NCBI GenBank assembly: GCA_017654855.1
Contig: CM030337.1
Span: forward strand, 2,604,001-2,668,000
Direction of reading: 5' to 3'
Origin: Podospora anserina
Taxonomy: Eukaryota
DNA: 64,000 bases
Part shown: positions 49,210 to 60,305 of the stretch, in pieces
How the letters are laid out: every line of letters starts with the position of its first letter
Numbering within the stretch: position 1 is the first letter of the stretch
The notes under the pieces: generated by a model
The model's database searches: none
What the model saw: the letters and a program-made list of their open reading frames with translations, nothing else
Told to the model about the DNA's origin: nothing
Program-made: the position numbers and the translations under genes

Positions 49210-49740
49210 TGTCACAGTATATACTGTGCCTGAGTGTCACGGATTGACACTTGGTGGGGCGCGGAGCGCACCGCGGACCAATGACACGTGGTGGGGCACA
49301 GGGCGCACCACGGACCAATCAGGACAGGATCAATAGGATCGAGGATCGATCCAGGAGAGTCAACCCCAAAAGGGACAATATCGATAGGATCGAGGGTCGA
49401 GTCTATCGATCCAGGACAGTGCCAGGCTTGGCACAGGGTCTATATATAGGGAGGAACTGGCTGGTGTAGATAGACAGTTCCGCAGTATGCAATTCAGCTT
49501 GTATTCACGGTATCTAGTGTTTACATTGAGACATCTTATTGTGCACTGTTTAGCTGCACCGAACCAATTATCAGAAGTTACCTTCAACCAGTATCCCTTT
49601 CAGAGGTTCTGTACAGGGGTTCGTCACACTGAGGTTATGTGGGCCTACCATTCTGGTTGCTCCCTGGTGGTTATATTCTGGGCCTGCAGGGCCGTAGTAG
49701 TTTTATTCTGTGTAGCACTTTGTCAATCTACACCATACCA
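49210..49740 (+). mobile_element. Truncated LTR-like repeat (TGTCACAGTATATACTGTG family) interrupted by a younger solo LTR
   Basis: 49210-49234 and 49634-~49740 are collinear with the reverse complement of ~41905-42042 once the insert is removed. Confidence 0.75.
49235..49628 (+). mobile_element. Complete solo LTR (394 bp) with a 5-bp TSD
   Basis: TGTCAC...GTCACA termini, perfect CTGAG TSD at 49230-49234 and 49629-49633, and a TATATATA box at ~49441. Confidence 0.9.
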
Positions 49741-50600
49741 TAACACCCCGAGTATGCCCTCTACAGTCAGTGGCTTGCTTGTATTGTTGTCAAACCAAGC
49801 CGTAGAGCTTGCATGATACCGTATCATCAACTTGCAAACACGGAACCATACTTCCTTCAACAGCTTGGTAGCCTCGTTCCTGAGGGTTGATTCATAGCAG
49901 GACACCAAGAAGAGCGCCCATACAGTCCTCCCTTCGTTGAGATGAACTTGCTGGTTCGGATTTGCGCCCCTGTCCAAGAGTAACTGAACCATTTCGATGT
50001 CAATTCCACACTCATCTCTTACCGAGTGGTACCGCATCGTCATGGGAGTGACCCTTCTCGGGCGGAGAGCATAATCCAGTAAAGGCGTTCCCGATTTGCT
50101 TCTCAGAGTGCCTGGTTCGGTGTCTAGTTTTGTCTTGACATACTTGGTGAGTCGAGCCTGTATGGCCAGGGCCAAGAAGGTACAGTTTCCCCCCTTTCGG
50201 TACTCGTCGAGACCTCGTGCTTGAGGCATGTCTCGAAGGTGAGTCCAGTGGTTTCGCATGGATCTCACCGTGAAAAACTTGTTAACTTTGTCCATTTCGT
50301 CCAAGGCAAAGGCCAGAGGTGACTCTGAACAGGTGCTCCGTTTCTCAGCCTCGTGAGCGTAGTAGATCAGCTCATCGACGATTTGAAAGAGTCGTGTAAT
50401 GTATGATGCGTTCCAGGCTTCGATTAGGGGGAGGCTCTTCAGAAGAAAGAGCATCATGTTCCCGAGAGAGACAAGAGGATCGAAATTGGACCGCACTTCC
50501 TTGAGTAGTTCCTCGTAGTAACAGTCTCTCAGATAGTCCCGGACTGTGCGATGTAGAAAATCCACTGGGTGATCCAGAAACACCCAGTTCACGACCCTAA
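49740..50600 (-). pseudogene. C-terminal fragment of a fungal NACHT (NLR-like) gene
   Basis: VDFLHRTVRDYL is typical of the post-NACHT winged-helix region, followed by FLALAIQARLTKYV and an ankyrin-like DIEMVQLLLDRGANPN. There is no NTPase domain upstream, and the 3' end runs into LTR-derived sequence. Confidence 0.7.
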
Positions 50601-51309
50601 AATCGACACCATGAATTTCCCTTTCCTTCTTCGGAACTGAGCGGCTGCCGCCTTGGGCTGAGCCAGACTGAGCCAGACTGCGCGAGGGGGTCACAGTTCT
50701 GGGCTGCCTCGGCTATAGTTGGCACAGGTCTAAAATGGCGGTACAGTTACGAGGACCAAGTTTGGGACCTCGACCACTACCACCTAGCCGCGCTTTCCTT
50801 CACTCTAACTACATGAGAAGGAAAAATCTGCAATTTTAATGTCGATAAATCATGGATATTATATTCGGATTTCAAAGTGCTGCTCTTGACCTTTCCCAGT
50901 GTCTCTCAACCCGTTGCGCCCAGGTTAAGTTGTCCACTTTTCTGAATACCTTATCATTATAGACACTTCTTTTACCAAGCGTAATAATGACTAGGTAGTG
51001 CGTTATGTATCATCATGGTTTAGCGCCACAACTTAGGATTGCCAAAGGAGGAAAACGTTTGTCACGACAGTTATCACCTGTGGCGGACAGGCCACCATTT
51101 GGGCTGGAATAGCCCGACGTGTCCCCGATGCCCCCGCGTAAAATAGTGCAAACCACAGTGCGGGCGACTTATAGCCCGAATTTGGGACAGCAGTTGGAAA
51201 CTGCTAAGAGGCGAACAGTGCTCTGATGGCCCGAATCCTGGACCACGGTCCCAAATCTGGCCCAGGATGTACCAGTACATTCCCTGGGATAGTACACAAT
51301 ACCCCAGCT

Positions 51310-51410
51310 CGAAATTTGGGATGGTGCATGACATACCAGCACCGATGGGATGGTACATGATATACCAGCACTGATGGGATGCCCCACAGTATACTAGTAC
51401 ATGATAGGCA
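51310..51410. repeat. Imperfect ~29-bp tandem repeat (GGGATGGTRCATGAYATACCAGCACYGAT x2-3)
   Basis: Directly visible repeated units. Confidence 0.7.
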
Positions 51411-52144
51411 TGAAGCTCTCATGACGGGAAAAAGGTGTCCTGGCTTCTAGGTACGCTAACGTTCGCCCTCCGACTGCGCCACCAATACGTGGACAAACTT
51501 GTCTGGGGTGCAGTGACTTGAAGCGCTCAGGCAATTATGTTCCGGGCGAACATGAAGCGAGGGTCAATGCGCACTTCAGCAGATGCAAGCTTCGCATTCT
51601 CTGATGACTGGCGTGGCATTGAGGGGCTGGGTTGACAAAACGCCGAGATTACCTAGGTAAAATGGCTGCGCCCAGCCTGCGGAGACAAGGGTAAGGCAAA
51701 CTCGTCCACAGCAGCAAAGGAGAAATCTGCCAGACGCTACTCTAGAGAGGGGGCTGAGAACTTCTCGGTGTGATTAATTACCTACCTAAGGTACTTCACA
51801 CCGCATGTTTGGAAGAGCTTCACGATTAAGCGTTACCGTCCGGGAATGCCTACCGGGGAAAATCTCGACTACCTAAAAGCTTGCTGGTCCAAAGACTGGA
51901 TGCGCTTCTGGCTCTGCTGCTTTGTCTTATGCACTGGAAATATCTTGCCTGTTAAACTTCAGAGAGAACCTTTAACTTCGACAATGTCGACCCCTCTATC
52001 GCCGGAAGACGCTCAGCCGCCTGCAGCTTGCCGCTGCCAAAGCGCTTTGGTCGACACAAGAACTGTTCAACATATCTTTGAATCCGCAACGGGCGGATGC
52101 TTTCAATGCCAAGTCGTTGCGGTGATCATATTCTCCCGAAGAGG

Positions 52145-54492
52145 CTACTTCTTCTTGACGATAAGCTCTGCCTTCCGGTTAGCTCGCAACTGCTTACAGA
52201 ACTGGTCCATAGAAGAACCGGTCCGCTGCTGTTGTAGATGGACGATATACATCGCAACCTCTTCGCCAATACCACGGTTCCGCGCAATACGCTCGATTTC
52301 CCTGATGACCTCCAGCCGTAACGAATACCACTGCAGATCTGTACGCCGGCCTGCCCTCCAACTATGCCCCCACCGACTATCTAAATCACGTACAGCTGGC
52401 TGCTCGTGTAGACCAACAGTCCATTCTTTCCAAAGACCTTCTACCGTTTTGACAGCGCGGCTCATACTATCCTGCGGTAGCCCTGCAGTGGGTGGGCTTG
52501 CCAGTGCTGCAGTAGGTAGGCTAGCCGGTTCTGCAAGGGGTGGTCCTGTGGTAGCTGTAATAGCAACCACCATCGTGCCGTCTGAGCCTGTATTGGTTGC
52601 TTTAATGTGAACTGTCAGGCCGTTTGAGAGCAGCGATAGAATATGGGAGCCTTGTTGTGACTGGCTATCAAGTGTCTTCTCAAGCTTTTGATCCAGTTGA
52701 ACAATCCGTGCCTCGTTCCGTTTATCGATCCACTGGAGGAAATCAGAGAGAACTGGCATAGCCTGTGTCAAAACTGCTAGCTGGCTTGGCCTCTCCTCTT
52801 CTTGCGTAAAGGTCAGGATCTCTTGTGCGTATTGGAGATATGCTTTATGCTAAAAGACTGGATGGAGCCAGACTGGGCTCCTTGGATATCTCAGCATAAG
52901 GAACGCTGAGTCCTGAAGACCTACCTGTCAGATTATCCACACGCCAAGCCGTGGTGGAGAGACCCATGGCTGTGGCGAGGATCCACCACAGGGGGTGGCA
53001 CACGCGCCAGCAGAACCAAGATCCAGAGGAATCTGGTGAGCGAGATCCAGAGAGACAGAACACAATACAGCGCAATCAACCGCTATTAACCGTGCAAGTG
53101 ACCAATTCAACACTACCTCACGTAGGTAGAAGAGCAAGTTTATCAAACCCATTGCTGCAAGGTCGTTGATATACCCAGGGCTAGATCCAAACCGGCCCTC
53201 CTCCTAGCCAAGCTCTGGCCATATCATTGACAGAAGCTCAGGTGGCGGTACAAGGTTGGCACGGCGGATCTCAAAACACCCAATCTGCTTTGGGTGGCCG
53301 GCCATAGTACGCATAAACTCTCGAGGCAACGATTCAGATAACAGCCGACCATTTGCTCCTGGTTCTAACGGCCAGCTCGGCGAATCTGGTCCTCAGAAAC
53401 TCCCTTTAGCTCGGCCGTCTTAGCCCCTGAACTGCGGCTAAGATGGGTCTTCTTGTTGGAGGCGATCTCGGCGTATGAGAAGGCTTTGACAACCCACTCA
53501 CGTTACGAATTGTACGAAAAAGGTTTCGTACGATCTGAGCTGTTGCTGTTGCCTTTAATCAGTCGGATGTCGTACCAGGTAGAGCGTTGGCTGAAGTCTG
53601 GAAAAGGCTCGTTGCCAAGATTCCAGCAGAAAAGAAGGTAGAAAGCTACCGCGCCTAACAGGCAAAACTGAGGATTCCGATTCCGTAAGGCGCCAGCAGT
53701 CTCGAGCAGGCCGCGCTGGTTCTGCTTGCCAGCACGTGTCGTCATAATTGGCGGCATACAACGGGTAGGGCCCTCTCCGACAAACTCAAAAGTAAAGAGA
53801 TCTGAGAGCTCTAAAGCCCGACAATCACCACCGCGAGTCAGCATATGGTGACTGAGAAGGATATCGACAATTGCACGGAGGTGGCACTCAGGCGATTCGC
53901 CAGTCTGTGCCCAAACCTCCTGACAGACCCGTAAAAGCTGGGGCTCTGTATACCCATCAAGAAGGGTATCACGGCCTTTATCAGCGTAGTTGGCCTTATC
54001 CCGTGCAGCATCTCGGCGTTGCAATGACTTGATGTAATCCCGTACGCTATGCTCACGGGGAGACGGATGGCTGTTCATCCCTAGAGCCTTCTGGGTGCAG
54101 TACAGGTCGGTGATAGCTGTAACGTAGCTCCGGACCGATTGCCATGCCAGTCGAGTAGCCGTTCGGGGGGCCTCAGGGGCTGTTTTGGAGCTCTTGTCTC
54201 TAAGCGGCCGCCGTACCACACGCTCGACAAGGAAGAGGAGAAGCTTATCTTCTGTAACAGTATCACGATCGTGATACTGCTTAGAAGCACAGAACTCCTG
54301 GAACTCTCGCTTTTTTGGCTCGTACGCAATGGTGGTGTTCTTTGGCCGGTCTTGCTAGATCAGCTGTTGCACATTCCGCACGTTTGCACGTAGCTCTGCA
54401 CTGTTCAGAGCACTCCGCTCAGCGTGCTCGACAGCTGCGACTGTAATCGAGTCTTGCAGTTGCGCCATCCTTCCTTGCGAAGTCCGGGCATG
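52145..54492 (-). mobile_element. Crypton (CryptonF-type) tyrosine-recombinase transposon gene with a C-terminal GCR1_C domain, inactivated
   Basis: Reading through stops: RPKNTTIAYEPKKREF...VRSYVTAITDLY...KGRDTLLDGY...HHMLTRG...LELSDLF...GKQNQRG...KKTHLSRSSGA...IRRAGR*NQEQMVGCYL (YR catalytic R, K, HxxR, W, Y positions). GCR1_C-like MSRAVKTVEGLWKEWTVG...WGHSWR lies at 52145-52470. Stops are TAG/TAA at Q/W codons. Confidence 0.88.
52926..53112. mobile_element. 187-bp solo LTR inserted in the Crypton gene
   Basis: TGT...ACA termini and a perfect CTACC TSD (52921-52925, 53113-53117). Removing it rejoins LFYLREV to LQDSAFL. Confidence 0.88.
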
Positions 54493-55394
54493 GTGCGGTG
54501 CGGTGCGGTGGTGCGGTGGTGCAGTGCGGTGCGGGCGGCAGGTGGTGTGGTGAGCAGGAGGGCGGCGGACGCGTGAGGGCCTGAAACCGCGTATCTATAG
54601 GTGATGATGACTGCAATCTGGAAGGCGTGGACTAGAATATGAACAAGAATCACGTCTTCACCAAGTCCCAGTGGTGCCCGTCATGTCGACGAAGGTAATC
54701 GCCACAGTCGGCTTCAAGTCCTCTCGGGCGAAGCTACAGGAGGGAGATTCGTTCTGCCCAAACCTATCTTGATCCCATTGGGCGCTCCAGGGGGCCGGTT
54801 TCCTGGCTTCGATCCACCGGTCAGCCAAGTTTTGGTGCAAGAGCCACTTCATGATCATCTAATGAGAGATCCTTCAGAAGCGCATAGATGCCCAGCCACA
54901 GGAGGCTCTCAACTTCTGGCTTCCATTAGCCGTCTAACCAAACTAGGTATTGCAAGAAGCCCCTCCCTCTCAGCTGAGAGGGTTGACCTCCTTGCACCAC
55001 TCACAGCATCGGTGCCAAGCAAGTCTACCTGACTGAAGCAGCTACCTAAGCTTTGGGATGGGTGAGTACCCAAACCGTTTCATTTTGAACCCGAACAATC
55101 GAGCCAGCCAGTGGAGAATTTTTCCAGCTTCTGACACTGTGTAATGCCATATAAGATACGGCAGAATTACTCTGCGAATCTCAGAACATACCCACAAGCA
55201 GGCGGTTGAGCTCACCAATTTCTCAATCCTACCATGCGTCGCCTCTCCGCCAAGCTCAAACGCCCAAGTGGTCGGAAACCCAGGAAGACCTGTACGCACC
55301 GCCCACTCATCAGTGATTTATCTTCCTCAGCGCCTAACATAGTACTCTAGATCATCCCAAAAAGTTCGATGGCCTTGGCCTTTCCGAGTCTCCG

Positions 55395-55754
55395 ATGCCA
55401 ACTAGAACAGAGGACCAGGATAATGATGAAATTAATGTCGAGTTAAATGTGGAAGGGAACGAGGAAAGGCAGGGTGTCCTGGTCGGCAATCGATATTCCT
55501 CAACACCCCTACAGGAGCATGATAACGCCTTGTTTCGCATCCCAGCCCGAGTGGTTATAACAACTTCCCGCTTCATAAGGATGAATTTTGTGGTGCTTTG
55601 CTCCATTATTCTCTTTATCTCAATTCTGGCAGGTTTCATTCTCTCCAGTTCTATGAGGAGAACCATTGCAACATCATTTGCCCCTTACCGAGCGGGAGGG
55701 CCTGACGAGGGTGCAATTGGGTATGCCTTTGAACACATGTTCGCACGGCTCTAA
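55395..55754 (+). CDS. Possible small single-pass membrane protein
   Basis: ATG-initiated 119-aa ORF with an acidic N-terminus and one strongly hydrophobic segment (FVVLCSIILFISILAGFIL). Confidence 0.4.
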   Translation: MPTRTEDQDNDEINVELNVEGNEERQGVLVGNRYSSTPLQEHDNALFRIPARVVITTSRFIRMNFVVLCSIILFISILAGFILSSSMRRTIATSFAPYRAGGPDEGAIGYAFEHMFARL

Positions 55755-57470
55755 AAGATATTGATGTATTAAGACGTGGAAAACGTACCATGAGTCCCGT
55801 GGCAGAAACTATAGCTACCTAATCTACCTACATGACCTCTTAAACCCCTTGAATTGGGAAGTTTGGTAGCAATGTGTCCATGTCACCTCTCCCGTCAAGG
55901 CAGTGGAGAATCAAGGACTCTTCATCTCGGTTTCAACAAAAGGTACCTGCTATTACAAGACAGATTGTGGCTCAGCGAGCAGACAGTCAACTGACATGGA
56001 GGAGCTGAAAAGCCGCACCTGTATGGTGAAGCCTCAGGCCTCCATGCAGCAAGGAAGAGCCAATCACGATATGGTTGAAAAGCGAGCAGATCTTGATTAC
56101 AGATTGCATCAACACCTACTGCATGCAGTGGGCTTGCCAACATGAAATGTCAGTTTCCTCCATTACGTTCTCGCTGCTGGATTCCATGAAGAGAAAGTCT
56201 GACGTCGACCGATACAGGCGGTGGACGTCGGGGCAAGTGGGCAACCGGATCGATCCCAAGGGGGGCCCCGATCGTGCAAAGGTCTCACTCGACACATTCA
56301 CCTCCTCCAGCTTATTCCTGCCGTGAGCCATGAATAGACCATCACTAACCTCCTCGGTGCCGAACAAACCCCCCAAGATGACGACGACAACACCAACACC
56401 TCCCCCCAAAAGCGGTATCACAAAATCAATTAAGGACACCTTTCAACCCAACAACCACCCAAAACCATTCCACATGGTGGGGGGGAGCACAAGCTAAAGT
56501 AGAAAACCCTCTCAGTCTTGGCAAGCCCCCCAATAGCGTATCTAATAGACCGTTTCAGCAGGTCGATAGAACGTCCCGAATATTCCGCGCCGATCCAGAA
56601 GGTAGCACCGAGCCACTGATGCCGAAGTAAAGCCTACCTTACTCAATCTGAAGCGAGCTCTGCCACTGCCGAGCCATGAGCACGCGGGCGTCAGGTTTCA
56701 GAATGGATGCTACCCTGGTCGGACAGTATCCGCCCAATTGCTTGCGTGCTTTGGTTCGGGATGCCACACTTTTTGACAAGACGGGCAAGACGACACCCCC
56801 ATCGTAGGCTCCGTGGTAGCATCCAGCAGAATGGCGATCAATGCGGGGTACTAAAGTTAGCATTAACCACCACACCCACACCACACCTACCTACAACAGC
56901 CACAAAAACCGACAACATCAGATAGGCCGGCCAGACGGGTCATCTGGTCCGCGATCTGCCTGTCAGTAGTGGGGGCAGCTTCTTCGATTGGCTTAGCTGA
57001 TAGGACGCACTTTCAGCTTGCGGAAGGAGACTCTCGAAATGGGTGCCATCCAGCACCGAGACTGGTGTGCGCCACTGGAATGCCGAAACGGCAAGCCCTT
57101 CGCTTCTGGACCACACAGCGGCACAAGCCAATAATGCGGGGACTTCGGCTTGTAGTCTTCCCTTGCCGTCGAGATCGCCACATCGGTTGTATGCTGCTGA
57201 CAGTTAGCAATATGTCTTGGGTGTCCTAGAAGAAGTCCGGTGAGAATGGGTCTAGTGTAATGCGGGGAGAGGCAGAAGATATGGGTCCAGACGGTCTGGC
57301 TGGTATATACCCCTTCAGTGCACTGCCGCTCGATATTCTGACGGTTATTCCTCTCGAAGCGTTGTGCGCGGAATGCAGCATCAAAACTGTCCGACAAAAT
57401 CATGACCTGCTCAATATTCTCATGATTCCGATTCCAACCGAGGCATAGGGGGTGAGACGACAGCGACAAG

Positions 57471-60305
57471 ATGTTTCAGGACCCTTCTCGTCGGTCATGG
57501 CGGACAGGAGACGCCCCCGTGGTCCTGACACAACCATCTCCGCTCAGCCAAGCGGGCAGTTGGAGAGACTATGAAAGAGACTTTATGCCCGAGGTTCGGG
57601 CGAAACCAGCCAACATGGCTCCCCGGAGAATGGCGTCCCTGCGCCGGATCTCGCCACCAGATTACAAGCCGACGCCGTTGAGAAGATCGTTCCTGGTGAT
57701 ACTGATCGTCTTGCTGCTGGTCTGTATCGTGTTGCTCGAGTGTGCATGCAAGTTCCTGCCTACGGAGCAAGACAGGAGGATCATACCAGAGCCCAAGCCG
57801 AGCCCGACGAGCAACGTCAACAGCACGCCGACAGGCATCGACAACCCTCCGTTGCTGAAGCCGAGATTGCAATTATCGAGACGACTGTTACAGAACGCAA
57901 CGTTGGATGACGAGAGAGACAACGCACCCGCCAATTCTCCAGCGAACACGGTGGTCCCGATTACGATATCCACTGATTTGCCATACTCAACTTCGCAAGT
58001 AGTACCGGGAGACTTTGCACAGATCGGAACCGTAGCAGTTGGGTCATCTCCCACAACGGCCGCAGCAACCGACGGCAGGCCCAACCCGTTAAGGTCTGAA
58101 TCTACCGCTACAGAACCCCCCCTCACGCAACCATCAAGCAACTTTGCAGATACCGGCACCCAGCCCGCCATCGGCGACAGCGGCAAGTTCGGCCAAGACG
58201 GCACCCAAACCATCACCGAGGCCGCCCCAGATGCCAACCCCGCCGGCTTCATCGGCATCGTCCTTCCCTCCACCACTCTGGACGAGGTTGTATCAACCGT
58301 GACAAAAGAGACCACCATCATCGGAGTACCAGCGACAACAACAGTGATAGGGGTCACAACCGAGAGCGGCCTTGTCCTCTCCTTCACTGAGACCCGGACC
58401 GTCGACCAAGTTGTGACGTTGGTGCCATCACCAACGACAATCTTCAATGTTGTTACAGCCGTGTCACCATCGTTTGTGACGCTGTCTGTTGAGATCTTGA
58501 GTGATGATGACGGGACCCCGACCGTCACAGTCATCAACACTCCTCCACCTGTCTTTTCTCCTGAAGTTATCACGGTGACCGACTCGAGAGGTGTTCCGAC
58601 ACTGACAGTTACCACAGACGTGGTGGTACCGCCGAGAACCAAGGTCGTTACCAACTTCCAGGGAGTCCCAACAGCCACCATCACCGAGTTCCCAACCGTC
58701 CCCACTGATACCCCAAAGCCCCAAGCAGAGGTCTCAGTCTACTTCATCTCTAGGGCCCAATATTTTGTCGGATTCTTTTTGCCAACAATCCTGGCAGTCA
58801 TGCTCACCATCCCCATCCGCATGATTGACATGGCCGCGAAGCAATATCAGCCCTGGCACGCCTTGACACAACGCATGGGCGTCCCCGCTGAGGAGTCGTT
58901 ATGCTTGCGAACAGGAGGGTTTCATGGGATCGTGTCCAGCTTCAAAGCGATGGCGACAGGTCAGATGTTGATGGTCTTGACGACATTGTTGACGATTGCC
59001 TCCGTATTCTTGGTGCCGTTGTCCTCTGAGGCAGTGGCGTTGAAGCTGCATGGCAGCTGTACGCCCACCAACTTCAATGGCTGTGCCATGACCTTGGGGG
59101 TCTTCCTCGGTCCGGCCCGAGCGACAACCGCCCTGCTCAGCTTCATGGTCGTCCTCCTGATCTTGATCATGATCGTGCTCCGCAAATGGCGCACTGGCGT
59201 AGCAGCCAATCCGTGGACCATTGCTGGCATGGGTTCACTGGCTACCAACAGGGAAACCCGCGCTGCATTCTGCTCCCTTCCTCCCGACAAGAGGAAAGGA
59301 CTTAGTCACGACAAACTGGTGAACGGCTTTGGTGACAGGACGTTCAGACTGGGCCACTTCTTCAACCACTATGGTATCCCAGAATACGGCGTCATGGCCA
59401 GTAGGGCAAACGTCACTATTGTTCGTCCAGACCGACCGGATTCTGTCAGCACAGACACGACCTCCCCTCAACACGAGTTGCTCGAGGGTCAAAACTCCAA
59501 CGCAAAGGCCGAGCGCCACCTGCCGTTCCTGATGCTGTCATACAGTGGTAGGATTGCATTTCTGCTTCCCTTGACTGGGATCATGGCTGTTGTGTTATAC
59601 TACAACAACACCGGTGGTGACACGGGCTTCGAACGGTTCATGAGCACCCAAAACTTTGGCGTGAGGTCGTTGTTCACGTTGATGGGTGTTGGGATAACCT
59701 TGTTTTGGAGTGCCTTTTTCACGAGTAAGCATTTTTGTGACATCTCCGCATGGGAAAAACTCACTGACCTGTTCATCTGTTTAGGCCTGGCTATTCTCAG
59801 CCCGTACCAGCTCATGTCTCAATTCCCTCGGCCGGCCCATCAATCCATCACTTTGTCTCCGCCAATGAACGCCTTTTCCGGCATCTGGAGCGCAATCAAA
59901 CGCCGGCACATCTTCCTCATTGTCGTTGCCTTTGTCGCAATCTTGTCCGAATTCCTTCCCATCCTACTGAACAATGTGCCGTTCCGTGTCACGCAGACGT
60001 GGATTGCATCGCGGGTGTGTACCTGGCTGGCGGTCGCCATCATGGCCATCATGTGGATTGTCGTCGCTGCCAGCTTTTTTATCAAATGGCCGCACATGCC
60101 TGTTGACCCTAGCACGATTGCGGGAGCAATGTATTATGTGTGCGATTCGTGGATGTTGTGGAGTTTGGAAGGGTTGAGCCAGGTTCCCAAGAAGGAACGC
60201 GATCGGAAGGTGAGGGAGATGGGGATGCAGTACGCGTTTGGGAACATCGTGGGACAGTCGGGGAAGAAGAGGGTAGGGGTTGATGGGGTGAAGGAGTTTG
60301 CATGA
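57471..60305 (+). CDS. Multi-pass membrane protein with a Thr/Pro-rich extracellular stalk (DUF3433-like)
   Basis: YKPTPLRRSFL followed by a TM helix, a mucin-like T/V/P region, YFVGFFLPTILA...YQPWHAL, TGVAANPWTIAG, LSPYQLMS and PVDPSTIAGAMYYVCDS. Probable 60-nt in-frame intron at ~59725-59784. Confidence 0.85.
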   Translation: MFQDPSRRSWRTGDAPVVLTQPSPLSQAGSWRDYERDFMPEVRAKPANMAPRRMASLRRISPPDYKPTPLRRSFLVILIVLLLVCIVLLECACKFLPTEQDRRIIPEPKPSPTSNVNSTPTGIDNPPLLKPRLQLSRRLLQNATLDDERDNAPANSPANTVVPITISTDLPYSTSQVVPGDFAQIGTVAVGSSPTTAAATDGRPNPLRSESTATEPPLTQPSSNFADTGTQPAIGDSGKFGQDGTQTITEAAPDANPAGFIGIVLPSTTLDEVVSTVTKETTIIGVPATTTVIGVTTESGLVLSFTETRTVDQVVTLVPSPTTIFNVVTAVSPSFVTLSVEILSDDDGTPTVTVINTPPPVFSPEVITVTDSRGVPTLTVTTDVVVPPRTKVVTNFQGVPTATITEFPTVPTDTPKPQAEVSVYFISRAQYFVGFFLPTILAVMLTIPIRMIDMAAKQYQPWHALTQRMGVPAEESLCLRTGGFHGIVSSFKAMATGQMLMVLTTLLTIASVFLVPLSSEAVALKLHGSCTPTNFNGCAMTLGVFLGPARATTALLSFMVVLLILIMIVLRKWRTGVAANPWTIAGMGSLATNRETRAAFCSLPPDKRKGLSHDKLVNGFGDRTFRLGHFFNHYGIPEYGVMASRANVTIVRPDRPDSVSTDTTSPQHELLEGQNSNAKAERHLPFLMLSYSGRIAFLLPLTGIMAVVLYYNNTGGDTGFERFMSTQNFGVRSLFTLMGVGITLFWSAFFTSKHFCDISAWEKLTDLFICLGLAILSPYQLMSQFPRPAHQSITLSPPMNAFSGIWSAIKRRHIFLIVVAFVAILSEFLPILLNNVPFRVTQTWIASRVCTWLAVAIMAIMWIVVAASFFIKWPHMPVDPSTIAGAMYYVCDSWMLWSLEGLSQVPKKERDRKVREMGMQYAFGNIVGQSGKKRVGVDGVKEFA

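Noticed and set aside
51310-51410. CRISPR-like array
   Set aside because: Eukaryotic context, only 2-3 contiguous units, no unique spacers and no cas genes.
51846-52610. 254-aa plus-strand ORF
   Set aside because: Largely antisense to the Crypton GCR1_C region, with no recognisable motifs.
52145-54492. Starship captain (DUF3435) interpretation of the tyrosine recombinase
   Set aside because: The motifs and the C-terminal GCR1_C-like domain match Crypton/Ndc10-type proteins instead.
57662-58705. 347-aa Val/Gly-rich antisense ORF
   Set aside because: Mirror of the Thr/Pro-rich stalk codons of the sense gene.
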